Source of the DNA: Octopus vulgaris
Lineage: Eukaryota
NCBI GenBank assembly: GCA_951406725.2
Contig: OX597819.1
Location: forward strand, 84,010,001-84,074,000
Reading direction: 5' to 3'
DNA length: 64,000 nt
Shown piece by piece: positions 63,558-64,000 of this stretch (within the stretch, counting starts at the first letter, position 1; the number at the start of each line of letters is the position of its first letter). The notes beneath the pieces are model-generated. The model was not told the DNA's origin, ran no database searches, and worked only from the letters and a program-made list of their open reading frames with translations. The translations under genes were made by a program, and so were the position numbers.

Positions 63558-64000
63558 GTATGTATAATACATATGAGGCGTGTGAGAGAAGAAGGATTTG
63601 TCATTATACTAATCAATTATTGTTGAGATTCAGTTGTGCTCTGGTATATTTTGCCTTGATTCTTAACAGGGCATGGTGATAAGGAGAATGACAACAATAT
63701 CTGTATATAGTGGTTGTGTATGCTGTACAAAATTCATTGAAAAAAATCATTGTAAATAAGTTTATTTTGTTACAATAATTATATATATTATACATATAAA
63801 TATATGATATTTAATCAAGAAAATGTGTATGTAGGCACTTAACCCAATACAATGGCAACATTTCCTTGCCTAAACTTGTACATTTCTCATATTTCTGTCC
63901 TCTATTCTAGACTAACTTGCATATTGCATAATATTATGCTTCTCTCTAGTAATCTTACTTTTCAATCTCTGTTACACTGTATATTTTTTATGAAACAAGT

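Overview
AT-rich, microsatellite-rich animal genomic DNA. The SINE, RTE and MITE families resemble those of Octopus (inferred from remembered repeat families, not from a search). There is one clear host gene: a + strand SERTA-domain (SERTAD2/CDCA4/taranis family) gene. Its whole CDS lies in one exon (54229-55086) just behind a splice acceptor at 54220. It has candidate 5' exons ending at GTAAGT donors at 33730 and 50151, and a ~8-9 kb nearly transposon-free downstream region that may be a very long 3' UTR. The first ~30 kb and the introns are a graveyard of mobile elements. These include a Helitron 3' end, a solo LTR, a decayed Ty3/gypsy (Mag/K02A2.6-like) element whose only LTR is followed by a PBS, and RTE, CR1/L2 and Penelope fragments. 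There are also a full-length DD37D (maT) transposon plus a second copy, a Tigger/pogo remnant, piggyBac- and mariner-type MITEs, and at least four tRNA-derived SINE types. The observations most worth following up: a chained AUGA stop-start uORF relay and splice-created uORFs in the SERTA gene leader, a SINE/LINE shared 3' tail, the permuted LTR-element architecture, and a ~335-bp fold-back. Almost all ORFs in the supplied track are microsatellite or TE artefacts.
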